From Acidimicrobiales bacterium (GTDB taxonomy: Bacteria; Patescibacteriota; Minisyncoccia; Phycocordibacterales; UBA918), in contig JBLIMJ010000004.1 of the NCBI GenBank assembly GCA_047638595.1, forward strand, positions 1 to 52,948: a DNA stretch of 52,948 nt, written 5' to 3'. Both the position numbers and the translations under genes were made by a program. Position 1 is the stretch's first letter. Every line of letters begins with the position of its first letter. Below the pieces are notes generated by a model, which was given only the letters and a program-made list of their open reading frames with translations, was not told the origin of the DNA and made no database searches. Shown piece by piece: positions 16,002-25,170 of the stretch.

Positions 16002-18134
16002 ATGCAAAAGAAAACCTTTGAAGTGGAGATTGGAGGAAAAATCTTAACCGCTGAATTTACTGACCTTACCAACCAAGCAAATGGTTCAGTCATCCTCCGA
16101 CTTGGAGAAACAGCGATTCTCGTGACCGCAGTGATGTCATCGCGCACAAGTAACATGCCGTACTTTCCATTGTCAGTAGAATTTGAAGAAAAATTCTATG
16201 CAGCAGGAAAAATACTCGGGAGTCGGTTCATGCGTCGTGAAGGACGCCCAAGTGATGAGGCAGTACTTTCGGCACGTATCATCGACAGAACCATCCGGCC
16301 ATTGTTTGACCAATCAATGCGTAACGACATCCAAGTGGTGGTAACTGTGCTGGCGCTAGGTGAGGATGACCCTGATGTACTTGGTGTCATTGGTGCATCG
16401 TTAGCCCTTAGCGTTTCTGACATCCCTTGGGCTGGACCAGTTGGTGCGGTGCGTATAGTGCAACACGCAAAGACCGGAGAAGTAATTATTAACCCGACCT
16501 ACAAACAACGTGAGGGGAGAGAGATTACTCAAGAGGTTCTTACCTGTGGAAAAGATGGCAACATCAACATGGTTGAGACAGCAGCATTTGAAACATCTGA
16601 GGAAGACATCCTCGCACTATTTGAGGCAAGTGTTGCAGTACACCAGAAACTTGAAGTATTCCAAAAAGAAATAGTAAGTGAAATAGGTGTAGAGAAAAAA
16701 GTATACACTCCTCCACAACTATCAGATGCAGTACACACCCTGTTCACAAATGAATTCAAATCCCAATTGACTTCAGTACTATTCTCAGACCGTGCTGGAA
16801 AAGACCATATCCATGAATTAAAAGATTCGTTTATTGATAAAGTGAAAGAATTGGAAGAAGAGGTGAACACTGCTCATGCGGAAGCATTCTTCGAAGACGA
16901 GGTTGATACGGAACTGCACCGAGGTGCACTTGAAGATGGGAAGCGAGCAGATGGAAGAAGCATGGATGCAGTGCGAGAGTTATACGCACAAGCAGGAGCC
17001 GTATCACCAGTACTGCATGGTTCAGGTATTTTCTACAGAGGAGGGACTCATATCTTCACTGCGTTAACACTTGCTGGACCAGAGTCTGCACAACTGGTTG
17101 ATACAATCGAATTCCAGGATACAAAAAAGCGATACATTCATCATTATAACTTCGCGCCGTTTTCAGTAGGTGAGTCAGGGCGTGTGGGTGGATTTAATCG
17201 TCGAATGATTGGACATGGGTCACTAGCTGAAAAAGCACTCATTCCTGTTATTCCGACTCAAAGTGAATTTCCATACACGATCCGATTGGTGTCAGAGACA
17301 ATGGCATCAAATGGTTCTAGTTCAATGGGTTCAGCGTGTGCATCAACACTCGCGCTGATGGATGGGGGAGTACCAATCAAGCGACCTGTTGCAGGTATCG
17401 CATCGGGACTCATGATGCAAGATGCAGAACATTATGCACTATTAACCGATATCCAGGGTCCTGAAGATGAGCACGGTGACATGGACTTTAAGGTTGCAGG
17501 AACACGAGAAGGTGTGACAGCAATTCAGATGGATGTGAAAGTAGAAGGGATTCCAGTAAAAATATTAGGTGAAGCGCTCGAGAAAGCGAAGTTAGCTCGA
17601 TTACAAATTCTTGATGTGATGGAAGCAGAAATTGCACAAGCACGAGAAAATATCTCACCACGGGCGCCAGAAATTGTGACACTTACGATTCTTCCCGATC
17701 AAATTGGTTTAGTTATTGGCGGAGGTGGAAAGACTATCAATGCGATTAAGGAATCCACAGGTGTTGAAGAAATTTCTATTGAGGATGACGGTTCCGTTTT
17801 TATTACAGGAAAGAACGGTACCGCGCACATCGCAGCTGAAAAAATTGCTCTACTTACTAAAGTATATGAAGTAGGAGAAAAGATGAAAGCCACTATTACA
17901 CGAGTAGTAGACTTTGGTGCATTTGCAAAAATTGATGACCAAAATGAAGGATTGATTCACATTTCAGAAATTGCTCCATTCAGGATTGAAAAAATGGATG
18001 GAATACTTACCGAGGGTGAAGTGGTTGATGTGGTAATTTCAAAAGTTGATGACGGAAAAATAGGTCTCTCTATCAAGCAAATAGACCCTGAATTTGCGCA
18101 AAAGAAGGGTATTACAGCACCTGAGCGACCATAA
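16002..18134 (+). CDS. pnp: Polynucleotide phosphorylase
   Basis: Two RNase PH-like halves, then KH (GLVIGGGGKTI) and S1 (GLIHISE) motifs. Start set at MQKKTFEVEIGG. Confidence 0.9.
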   Translation: MQKKTFEVEIGGKILTAEFTDLTNQANGSVILRLGETAILVTAVMSSRTSNMPYFPLSVEFEEKFYAAGKILGSRFMRREGRPSDEAVLSARIIDRTIRPLFDQSMRNDIQVVVTVLALGEDDPDVLGVIGASLALSVSDIPWAGPVGAVRIVQHAKTGEVIINPTYKQREGREITQEVLTCGKDGNINMVETAAFETSEEDILALFEASVAVHQKLEVFQKEIVSEIGVEKKVYTPPQLSDAVHTLFTNEFKSQLTSVLFSDRAGKDHIHELKDSFIDKVKELEEEVNTAHAEAFFEDEVDTELHRGALEDGKRADGRSMDAVRELYAQAGAVSPVLHGSGIFYRGGTHIFTALTLAGPESAQLVDTIEFQDTKKRYIHHYNFAPFSVGESGRVGGFNRRMIGHGSLAEKALIPVIPTQSEFPYTIRLVSETMASNGSSSMGSACASTLALMDGGVPIKRPVAGIASGLMMQDAEHYALLTDIQGPEDEHGDMDFKVAGTREGVTAIQMDVKVEGIPVKILGEALEKAKLARLQILDVMEAEIAQARENISPRAPEIVTLTILPDQIGLVIGGGGKTINAIKESTGVEEISIEDDGSVFITGKNGTAHIAAEKIALLTKVYEVGEKMKATITRVVDFGAFAKIDDQNEGLIHISEIAPFRIEKMDGILTEGEVVDVVISKVDDGKIGLSIKQIDPEFAQKKGITAPERP

Positions 18135-18163
18135 AGCAGAGGATTTAGACTTCACACAAACCT

Positions 18164-18204
18164 ATACAGCAGTAGCGGGCACGAAGTGACCGCTACTGCT
18201 GTAT
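18164..18204 (+). terminator. 15-bp hairpin downstream of pnp (no clear U-tract)
   Basis: atacagcagtagcgg / ccgctactgctgtat. Confidence 0.45.
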
Positions 18205-18250
18205 ACAACACATCTTAGAAAGATAAATAAACCATGCGATACTATACAGT

Positions 18251-21200
18251 ATGCAAAAAGCGGGGGATCATTCCATTTCACGTATTCGTACTTTTGACGA
18301 CGATGTTGCCCGTGCCCGAGGAACGAAGACAACATCTACACCAAAACTAAAAAAAGAGCCAGCATCTGTACAACAGGTTACTGATTCACTTTTGGGAACA
18401 TCAACGAAAATTCCATCTTTAAAAAAAGAGAAGCTTGGTGAGGTACCTCAAATCAAAAGTACAAAAAATTTAAAACCCATTCCAAAAAAGGAGATACCTC
18501 CACCTCCGAAAATTGTTTCTATTCCAAAAAAGGATGATGCTAAAAAAACACACACCAAAAACTTTCCAGTTGAGGGAAAATCTTCTGATGATTTTTTAAC
18601 GCAATCAGCAAAACCTTCTGTTACACCTATTCCAGAAAAAGAATTAGGGGGTTCTAAATCTCCCGTCACTAAGATACCTCCACCTCCACAACTGTCTGTA
18701 GTACCAAAGAAGGAGAGGGGTGCTGATCACGTACGAACTAAAGACAAGCGAGTTACCGCCTCTGAAAAAGGGAGTATTGTTACTGTTCACAATACCGACC
18801 CAGATGCGAATGAAGGGGTGGTAAAAAAGAACACACATAGTGCGGAGGTAGATAAATTTAAAGAACATTCAAAAGTAATGCAGCAAACTGCTGATGACTT
18901 TCTGAAGAATAAATCCAAAAATGTAATCCCTGCACCCCCAACGCAGAAAAAAATCCCAAGGGGTATCGAGGAACATATTGAAAGTGCCAAGTTGGTAGCA
19001 TCTAAAAAGTCGCACTTAACCGATAGTGATACTGTACACGAAGTGACTAGTAGTGACTTTGGTGACGCTACTATCATCAGTGACCGAATAGAGCGACATA
19101 AACTATTTCCTGATTTAGTTGCTGCTACCCATTCATGGTTAGAAGGTGGTCACACAAATGCTTTAGATAAATATGAAACATCACAAACTGCAGCACAATC
19201 ACAGGTTTTACAGGTAGTAAAAAATGCACAGAAACAAAATACTTCGTCAAAAGAGGTGGTCGCGGTTGAAATGAAAAAGGAACTGCCACCTATTCCTGTC
19301 CCAAAAAAGGAGATACCTCCACCTCCGAAAATTGTTTCTATTCCAAAAAAGGATGATGCTAAAAAAACACACACCAAAAACTTTCCAGTTGAGGGAAAAT
19401 CTTCTGATGATTTTTTAACGCAATCAGCAAAACCTTCTGTTACACCTATTCCAGAAAAAGAATTAGGGGGTTCTAAATCTCCCGTCACTAAGATACCTCC
19501 ACCTCCACAACTGTCTGTAGTACCAAAGAAGCAAGTAGCAAAAACAGACATTACCCAGGTACCACCACAAGTTGAAACTTCACGGGAATCTACTAAGGCT
19601 GATATTCAAATCACTGAAAGTGACACATCTGCAGATACAGTAGTAACCACTACAAATAATCAGGTATCTGAAATTTCAGCCCCATCATTTATTGCATCAG
19701 ATGAAATAAATTTACCTCAGACGCAACAACAGCTGCCAGCAGAAAAAGTTGTAATTGAAGTTCCTCAAGTAGTTGAAATGAAAATTCCACCAGTACCTGA
19801 GGTGCACTGGGAACCGGAACCAATTGCTCCTCTAGAGGTTATTGAACACCTTGTTCCTACTCCACAAGAAGTTGACTATGGTCCTGAAGTTCCACAACCA
19901 ATGGTAGAAGCTCTGCAAGATACATCTACGATACCTCATGAGGTTGAAACTGTACGAACGCAAACTATCCCAGGAGTTGAAATACTCGCCCAAGATTTGG
20001 TATCTGCAACCCAACCTACTGAAGTACCAGAAGAACAATGGGAATCTACAGAGGAAACTTCTGTGGAGGTTGTCGAGCAGTTAGTGCCACACAATGTGGT
20101 AGTAACCAGAAAACAAACGATCTCAGATAAATCAAAGTGGCCTTCTGTTACTGCTGATGAACTTGAGGAAAGTTATGCAACCCTTAAGACAGTAAACGAA
20201 GATGTCTATCCTGAGGAAAGGGAGATAGCAGAGAACGCAGATATCTTTATTCCTCTTATCCAACAGGCATCACGACCAACATCAGATACTCAAGCTACCG
20301 ATTCTTTTGTTCCAAATTATACTGCTGAAATTCCACCAACGGTTCCACACCAGGAAGAACCACAGGTAAATGAACTCCTACAAACAGATCAGGTAGTACT
20401 GCCTACAGAAGTTATCGAGCAAATACCCGCATATGAGACACCTCAGTTTGTTCCCATAACCCTTCCTGATACCCAACCAATACAAACACAAACTGCGGAA
20501 GAAATGCCGGTGTACACAGAGGAAGTCGTTACGTCACTGACACCAGATGAACCATCAACATCTCTAGAGAGAATGCTTCCCGTTACTGACCTCGACAGCT
20601 TTATCCCCAGAATGGCAGCTGTTAGTGAATCAGTTCCACAAGAAAAACGAACCTTTAAACCAGCAGTTACCTCCGTATCTAGAGTACCGATATATGTTTA
20701 CCTACTAGTGATCATAGGTGCCTCCTTATTAGGTATTGGTACAAGCGTGTACTGGTTCACGAGTTCCACAGCTACTGAAGAGGCAGTGGTGATACGTATT
20801 CCATCCCTCTTTGCAGTAAACATCCAGATTCCTATACCACTTGAGGAAACAAAAGTAGGTACCCTCACCACAATTCTCAACGAGTCACTCGCAGCAAATG
20901 AGACCATACAGATATACCCAACTGTCACTGACGAAACTGGCCAGAGTCACCCTACTGATGTGCAAGAGCTTCTCTTTGCACTACAACTACGTGCACCGGG
21001 ATCGTTCACGAGGTCAATAAACGACATTGCTTTTGGAAGCTATAACGGTGCAAAACCTTTTGTGCTTATGAGTGTGACCAGTTTTGACACCGCATTTGCT
21101 GGCATGCTTGCATGGGAACCTGTTTTGAGTGAAGACTTATCTCCTTTGTTTGGAGATCCAGTGACTGAGTCATACGATCCATATGCACGGACTGAGACAC

Positions 21201-21370
21201 AGATACGTCCTGCATTCTTCCGAGACACCGTTATTGCAAATAAGAGTGCTCGTGTCCTTGTGGATACTGCAAACATTGAAAGGATTCTCTATTCCTTTGT
21301 GCAACCAAATCTCATTCTGATTACCAGCGATAGTGATACACTCAACGCAATCATCCCCCTTATCAAATAA
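18251..21370 (+). CDS. Large (1039 aa) K/P/E/T-rich protein with one predicted TM helix and a C-terminal globular region
   Basis: Long ORF with low-complexity N-terminal two-thirds. The TM segment is VPIYVYLLVIIGASLLGIGTSVYWF. No family recognised. Confidence 0.6.
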   Translation: MQKAGDHSISRIRTFDDDVARARGTKTTSTPKLKKEPASVQQVTDSLLGTSTKIPSLKKEKLGEVPQIKSTKNLKPIPKKEIPPPPKIVSIPKKDDAKKTHTKNFPVEGKSSDDFLTQSAKPSVTPIPEKELGGSKSPVTKIPPPPQLSVVPKKERGADHVRTKDKRVTASEKGSIVTVHNTDPDANEGVVKKNTHSAEVDKFKEHSKVMQQTADDFLKNKSKNVIPAPPTQKKIPRGIEEHIESAKLVASKKSHLTDSDTVHEVTSSDFGDATIISDRIERHKLFPDLVAATHSWLEGGHTNALDKYETSQTAAQSQVLQVVKNAQKQNTSSKEVVAVEMKKELPPIPVPKKEIPPPPKIVSIPKKDDAKKTHTKNFPVEGKSSDDFLTQSAKPSVTPIPEKELGGSKSPVTKIPPPPQLSVVPKKQVAKTDITQVPPQVETSRESTKADIQITESDTSADTVVTTTNNQVSEISAPSFIASDEINLPQTQQQLPAEKVVIEVPQVVEMKIPPVPEVHWEPEPIAPLEVIEHLVPTPQEVDYGPEVPQPMVEALQDTSTIPHEVETVRTQTIPGVEILAQDLVSATQPTEVPEEQWESTEETSVEVVEQLVPHNVVVTRKQTISDKSKWPSVTADELEESYATLKTVNEDVYPEEREIAENADIFIPLIQQASRPTSDTQATDSFVPNYTAEIPPTVPHQEEPQVNELLQTDQVVLPTEVIEQIPAYETPQFVPITLPDTQPIQTQTAEEMPVYTEEVVTSLTPDEPSTSLERMLPVTDLDSFIPRMAAVSESVPQEKRTFKPAVTSVSRVPIYVYLLVIIGASLLGIGTSVYWFTSSTATEEAVVIRIPSLFAVNIQIPIPLEETKVGTLTTILNESLAANETIQIYPTVTDETGQSHPTDVQELLFALQLRAPGSFTRSINDIAFGSYNGAKPFVLMSVTSFDTAFAGMLAWEPVLSEDLSPLFGDPVTESYDPYARTETQIRPAFFRDTVIANKSARVLVDTANIERILYSFVQPNLILITSDSDTLNAIIPLIK
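18482..18712 (+). repeat. 231-bp intragenic repeat, copy 1
   Basis: Read base by base, it is identical to 19301-19531. Confidence 0.9.
19301..19531 (+). repeat. 231-bp intragenic repeat, copy 2
   Basis: Identical to 18482-18712. The offset is 819 nt, which is in frame. Confidence 0.9.
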
Positions 21371-21396
21371 GCAGAGTTCTTGAATACGGTATACTA

Positions 21397-21780
21397 TTGT
21401 CTATGACTGACCACATACAATATGAAGAAGCTCTCGAAAAGGAATTGTTACAGATTACTCATGATTTAAAAGAACTCGGTATTCATAACCCAGAAGTTCC
21501 CGAAGACTGGATTGCCACTCCAGGTGAGGTGGTTGATTCTGAACCTGACGAGAACATCGCAGCTGATCGTAGTGAAGATTGGCAAGAGCGCCGAGCTACA
21601 CTCTCTGCACTTGAAACGAGATTCAACAACATCAACCGAGCATTACTAAAAATAGAAGGTGGAAAATACGGTATCTGTGAAATTTGTGGAGATGCAATTG
21701 AAGAAGACAGACTGCGTGCAAACCCTGCAGCTCGAACGAATAAAGAACACATTAATGACGAAACAAATCTTCCTGCATAA
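21397..21780 (+). CDS. DksA/TraR-family C4 zinc-finger protein
   Basis: C-terminal GKYGICEICGDAIEEDRLRANPAAR. Confidence 0.7.
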   Translation: MSMTDHIQYEEALEKELLQITHDLKELGIHNPEVPEDWIATPGEVVDSEPDENIAADRSEDWQERRATLSALETRFNNINRALLKIEGGKYGICEICGDAIEEDRLRANPAARTNKEHINDETNLPA

Positions 21781-21786
21781 AAATGT

Positions 21787-23304
21787 ATGGCAGTTGCAAT
21801 TACACACACAGCACAAGGAAGCGTAACTGGAGGAACACCAGTTACTATTGAAGCAGACCTCTCACGAGGTCTGCATTCTTTTTCTATCGTTGGACTTCCT
21901 GGTAAAGCAATCGAAGAAGCAAAAGACCGAGTCGGTGCAGCTATAAAAAATTCTGGTTTTAAATCACCTAAGAGTAAGAACCACAAGATTATAATTTCTC
22001 TGGCTCCTGCAGACATCAAAAAAGAAGGTCCACTTTTTGATTTACCTATCGCACTTGCATACCTTATTGCAGCAGAGGAAGTTGTTGCGGACAAAACTAA
22101 ACGTATGTATGTTGGTGAGCTCTCACTCAATGGAGAGTTACGTCCAGTGCGTGGGGTACTACCCATTGTGCAAACTGCTAAAGCATATGGATGCAGTGAA
22201 ATCATTGTGCCAACTGAAAATGCTCTAGAGGCTGCGCTTGTTGAAGGTATCAATATTTATGGTGCACATACGTTACAAGAGGTCATTAAGCACATCACTA
22301 CAAACGAAGAATTAAAATCATCACTCCCACTACAAGACATCACAGAAATTCCTGAAGAGTGGACTGACGGTCTCACACGCATGGAAGACATCAAAGGACA
22401 GGAAAGTGCTAAGCGTGGATTACTCATTGCGGCAGCTGGTCGACACAACGTAATCATGGTTGGACCACCCGGAACAGGGAAGACGATGCTCGCTCGAGCT
22501 TTCCAAGGAATTTTGCCACCACTGTCTCGAGAAGAAGCGCTTGAAGTCACTGCAATTCATTCAGTCGCGGGAGAACTCAAAAGTGAGGTCTCATCGCAGC
22601 CGCCATTTCGCGCACCGCATCACACTGCTTCGCACACATCACTTGTGGGAGGTGGTACCCATCCAAAACCTGGGGAGGTGACACTCGCTCATAAAGGAGT
22701 GCTGTTTGTCGATGAATTCCCTGAGTTTGAACGACGTTCTATTGATGCATTACGACAACCGCTTGAAGACCGAATTGTTTCCATCTCTCGTGTGCAAGGT
22801 ACCGCTCTATTTCCTGCAGATTTTATTTTAATTGCTGCAATGAATCCTTACCGAGGAAGTGAAGATGGTACTACCGACTTTGCAGGCGCAATGCTCGACA
22901 CATACAAAGGAAAAATCTCCGGCCCGATTCTCGACCGTATTGACCTCTGGCTTGAGGTACCTCATGTCGACTACGACACACTTACCAGTACCGACGTGAA
23001 TGAGGGAGAGACTGACAACGCCCGACAACAGATAAAAGCAGCACGTGGACAAATGCTCGCACGCCTACAAAACCGCGGCGTCCGCACCAACGCAGAAATG
23101 TCCGCTCGCGACCTCGACGAAACAGTCGCAATCTCCGACGAAGTAAAACAAGTCCTCCGTACTTCTTCAGAGAAATTAAACCTCTCTCCGCGCAGTTATC
23201 ACCGCGTCATAAAGGTAGCTCGCACTATTGCTGATTTAGATAATGCCGAACATATCGAACTAGCTCATGTGTATGAAGCGTTGCAGTACAGAGTTAAGGT
23301 GTAA
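21787..23304 (+). CDS. comM: YifB/ComM-family Mg-chelatase-like AAA+ ATPase
   Basis: Lon-like N-domain, Walker A GPPGTGKT, Walker B LFVDEFPEF and C-terminus HVYEALQYR. Confidence 0.85.
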   Translation: MAVAITHTAQGSVTGGTPVTIEADLSRGLHSFSIVGLPGKAIEEAKDRVGAAIKNSGFKSPKSKNHKIIISLAPADIKKEGPLFDLPIALAYLIAAEEVVADKTKRMYVGELSLNGELRPVRGVLPIVQTAKAYGCSEIIVPTENALEAALVEGINIYGAHTLQEVIKHITTNEELKSSLPLQDITEIPEEWTDGLTRMEDIKGQESAKRGLLIAAAGRHNVIMVGPPGTGKTMLARAFQGILPPLSREEALEVTAIHSVAGELKSEVSSQPPFRAPHHTASHTSLVGGGTHPKPGEVTLAHKGVLFVDEFPEFERRSIDALRQPLEDRIVSISRVQGTALFPADFILIAAMNPYRGSEDGTTDFAGAMLDTYKGKISGPILDRIDLWLEVPHVDYDTLTSTDVNEGETDNARQQIKAARGQMLARLQNRGVRTNAEMSARDLDETVAISDEVKQVLRTSSEKLNLSPRSYHRVIKVARTIADLDNAEHIELAHVYEALQYRVKV

Positions 23305-23307
23305 ATA

Positions 23308-23336
23308 TTGACACGTGTAGTTTATACGTACAATAT
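23308..23336 (+). promoter_or_regulatory. Candidate promoter of the TA cassette (TTGACA-17-CAATAT)
   Basis: Consensus -35 lies 4 nt after the comM stop. The ATG is at 23345. Confidence 0.4.
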
Positions 23337-23344
23337 GGACGTAT

Positions 23345-23584
23345 ATGAAAACATCTACATTTACAAGCACTATTTCACCGCAACTACTTACTTGGATGAC
23401 AAAACATGCTAGTGCAACAAAACAGACACGTCGAGCAATCCTTGAGGAAGCACTCACCAAATACCGCGCAGAAGAAATACGGAAACAGATGCAATCAGAT
23501 TTTAAGCGTACGACTAAAGACAAACAAACATTAGATTTATCAGAATGGGGAATGGATGACTATCATGAAATAGTAACTTCATGA
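23345..23584 (+). CDS. Ribbon-helix-helix antitoxin
   Basis: 79 aa. The N-terminal beta-strand/helix pattern is TFTSTISPQLLTWMTKHA...TRRAILEEAL. Its stop overlaps the toxin start (ATGA). Confidence 0.6.
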   Translation: MKTSTFTSTISPQLLTWMTKHASATKQTRRAILEEALTKYRAEEIRKQMQSDFKRTTKDKQTLDLSEWGMDDYHEIVTS

Positions 23585-23862
23585 TAAAAATTTTGCAAAA
23601 GGACATTTATTGGGCAGATCTAAACTCAACAAAAGGATCTGCGCAATCAGGCAAACGCCCTGTTGTTATCATCTCCGGAAATACAATGAACGAACATCTT
23701 CCTGTATGTATTGTGTGTCCACTTTCAAGTAAGGTAAAAAACTTTTCGACCTGCACTATTCTAGAGAAAACAAACACAAACAAGCTGAAAATTGATTCAG
23801 AAGTTATCACCTTTCAAATACGAACACTATCTCAAAAACGTCTGAGCGAAAAATTGGTATAA
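23581..23862 (+). CDS. MazF/PemK-family toxin, C-terminus apparently frameshifted
   Basis: IYWADLNSTKGSAQSGKRPVVIIS...CPLSS...FQIRTLSQKRL. The expected tail (ERKIGIISDKELQDIITKVGHLFIY*) continues in another frame to 23921. Confidence 0.65.
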   Translation: MIKILQKDIYWADLNSTKGSAQSGKRPVVIISGNTMNEHLPVCIVCPLSSKVKNFSTCTILEKTNTNKLKIDSEVITFQIRTLSQKRLSEKLV

Positions 23863-23926
23863 TATCAGATAAAGAACTACAGGATATAATTACAAAAGTA
23901 GGGCACTTGTTTATATACTGATGTAA

Positions 23927-23992
23927 GCCAAAGAACTCTCCACTGGACATGTGCACGCCTACGAAGCATTGCAATATAGGGTAAAAGTCTAG
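23927..23992 (+). pseudogene. Displaced 3'-end remnant of a comM/yifB gene
   Basis: It translates to AKELSTGHVHAYEALQYRVKV*. The intact gene ends AEHIELAHVYEALQYRVKV*. Confidence 0.7.
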
Positions 23993-24027
23993 TTGCGTTT
24001 TATTCAAAAAAAATTATACTTTTGGCT

Positions 24028-24390
24028 ATGGAAAAATTTGGGTTGCAGGGGGAACTAATGAACAACACTGAGTGTGATGCTTTTATCCATATGCTTTCAG
24101 AACATACCAACCAAGAGTTTGTACCAGAACTATTTGAGGATACCTATCAAATCGAGACTGATGCAGTCACTTTAGATTTTGTTATCACCGATGGAATATT
24201 CGAGATACGCAATATTGAAGCACATGAACCAAGGTTTGGGGGACGTGTTCTTGAAGCTATCCATGAATTCGCAGAAGAAACTGACCGCATGGTCACTGCA
24301 AGCAACGTGAAGGAAACTGCAGAAAGTTTTTGGCGAGAAAAGGGATACACAGAAAGTGAGCAAGGAGGAGAATTCTTTCTCGCAGCTTAA
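24028..24390 (+). CDS. Hypothetical small acidic protein
   Basis: ORF followed by a hairpin terminator at 24412-24447. No family recognised. Confidence 0.4.
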   Translation: MEKFGLQGELMNNTECDAFIHMLSEHTNQEFVPELFEDTYQIETDAVTLDFVITDGIFEIRNIEAHEPRFGGRVLEAIHEFAEETDRMVTASNVKETAESFWREKGYTESEQGGEFFLAA

Positions 24391-24579
24391 GTAACTACCA
24401 GAGATAGAACAAAATGCGGTCCGTTAATTCGGACCGCTTATATTTTATCCATACAACACTCTCTAGAATCACCTTTATTACGGAGTAATCTGATGTCCAT
24501 ATACCAGATCTAAGATAGAGATAATACCTAGATAAGAAGTGTCTATCTGAGCTAAGAAGCTGTTTTAGTACTTGTTTTA

Positions 24580-24858
24580 TTACACTGTAGCCTCAAAGTA
24601 CCTTTCCTCTGACTCTTCAGAAAACTTGCCGTTTACGTAAAGATAATAATTATTTTCATTATGCGTTGTAATGTATAAATCAAGATCTCCATCAATATCA
24701 ATCCACTTTGCATTACTTGATTGAAATGTTGTATCTCCTAACCCGGAGGCATCCGTCACATTTTTAAATGTTCCATCACTATTATTTTTTAATACAACAT
24801 CAGATGAGAAAAAGCGCGGCAAATAGATGTCGTCCCATCCATAATCTGTTCACACAAC
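24580..24858 (-). pseudogene. Fragment of an FG-GAP/VCBS-repeat protein
   Basis: TDYGWDDIYLPRFF...NNSDGTFKNVTDASGL...DIDGDLDLYITT amounts to about 1.5 repeats only. It has an in-frame stop upstream and no credible start. Confidence 0.55.
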
Positions 24859-25170
24859 TCCGGACTAAATTTTAGCCTTTTCATAAACCCATTATAACAA
24901 AATCACCTTGTTTCACGTGATTTTGTTTTAAGTTAATTAGATAGCATCTCGTGCTAGCTCGATGATGCGGCATGTTGAGGATTCGAACCATTCTTTATAC
25001 AAACTGACCAGTACGTGAAGCGTACCGGTCAGTTTGTATTCGTATGAAAATTTTTAAACGAGATGAAGGTCGAGGCGGGCAAGTGAAATAATTTGAGGCG
25101 TACTTGGTGGTACGTTGAAAATTATTTCACGCAGACTAGCGAAGAGATTCGCTCGTTTAGAGGTTTTATA

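Larger units (their letters stand above)
23305..23926 (+). mobile_element. Small toxin-antitoxin cassette inserted at the comM 3' end
   Basis: Bounded on the left by the intact comM stop and on the right by a displaced, diverged copy of the comM C-terminus. It carries its own promoter and an RHH-MazF pair. No recombinase is present. Confidence 0.45.

Noticed and set aside
21483-22253. 256-aa minus-strand ORF antisense to the dksA-like and comM genes. Similar long antisense ORFs lie at 37599-38123 (in virB4), 49154-49681 (in the PBP) and 51968-52492 (in tyrS).
   Set aside because: Each lies fully inside a confidently identified gene on the other strand. Each has S/R/P-rich shadow-frame composition and no motifs. 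They are treated as non-coding shadows.
24897-24926. tgtttcacgtga, resembling a parS half-site.
   Set aside because: Only one half matches. The sequence is part of a simple hairpin (acaaaatcac/gtgattttgt) followed by a T-run, so it is a terminator.
24950-24995. The string gaggattcgaacc, which looks like a minus-strand tRNA T-arm.
   Set aside because: No acceptor, D or anticodon arms can be folded around it. It is at most a decayed fragment.
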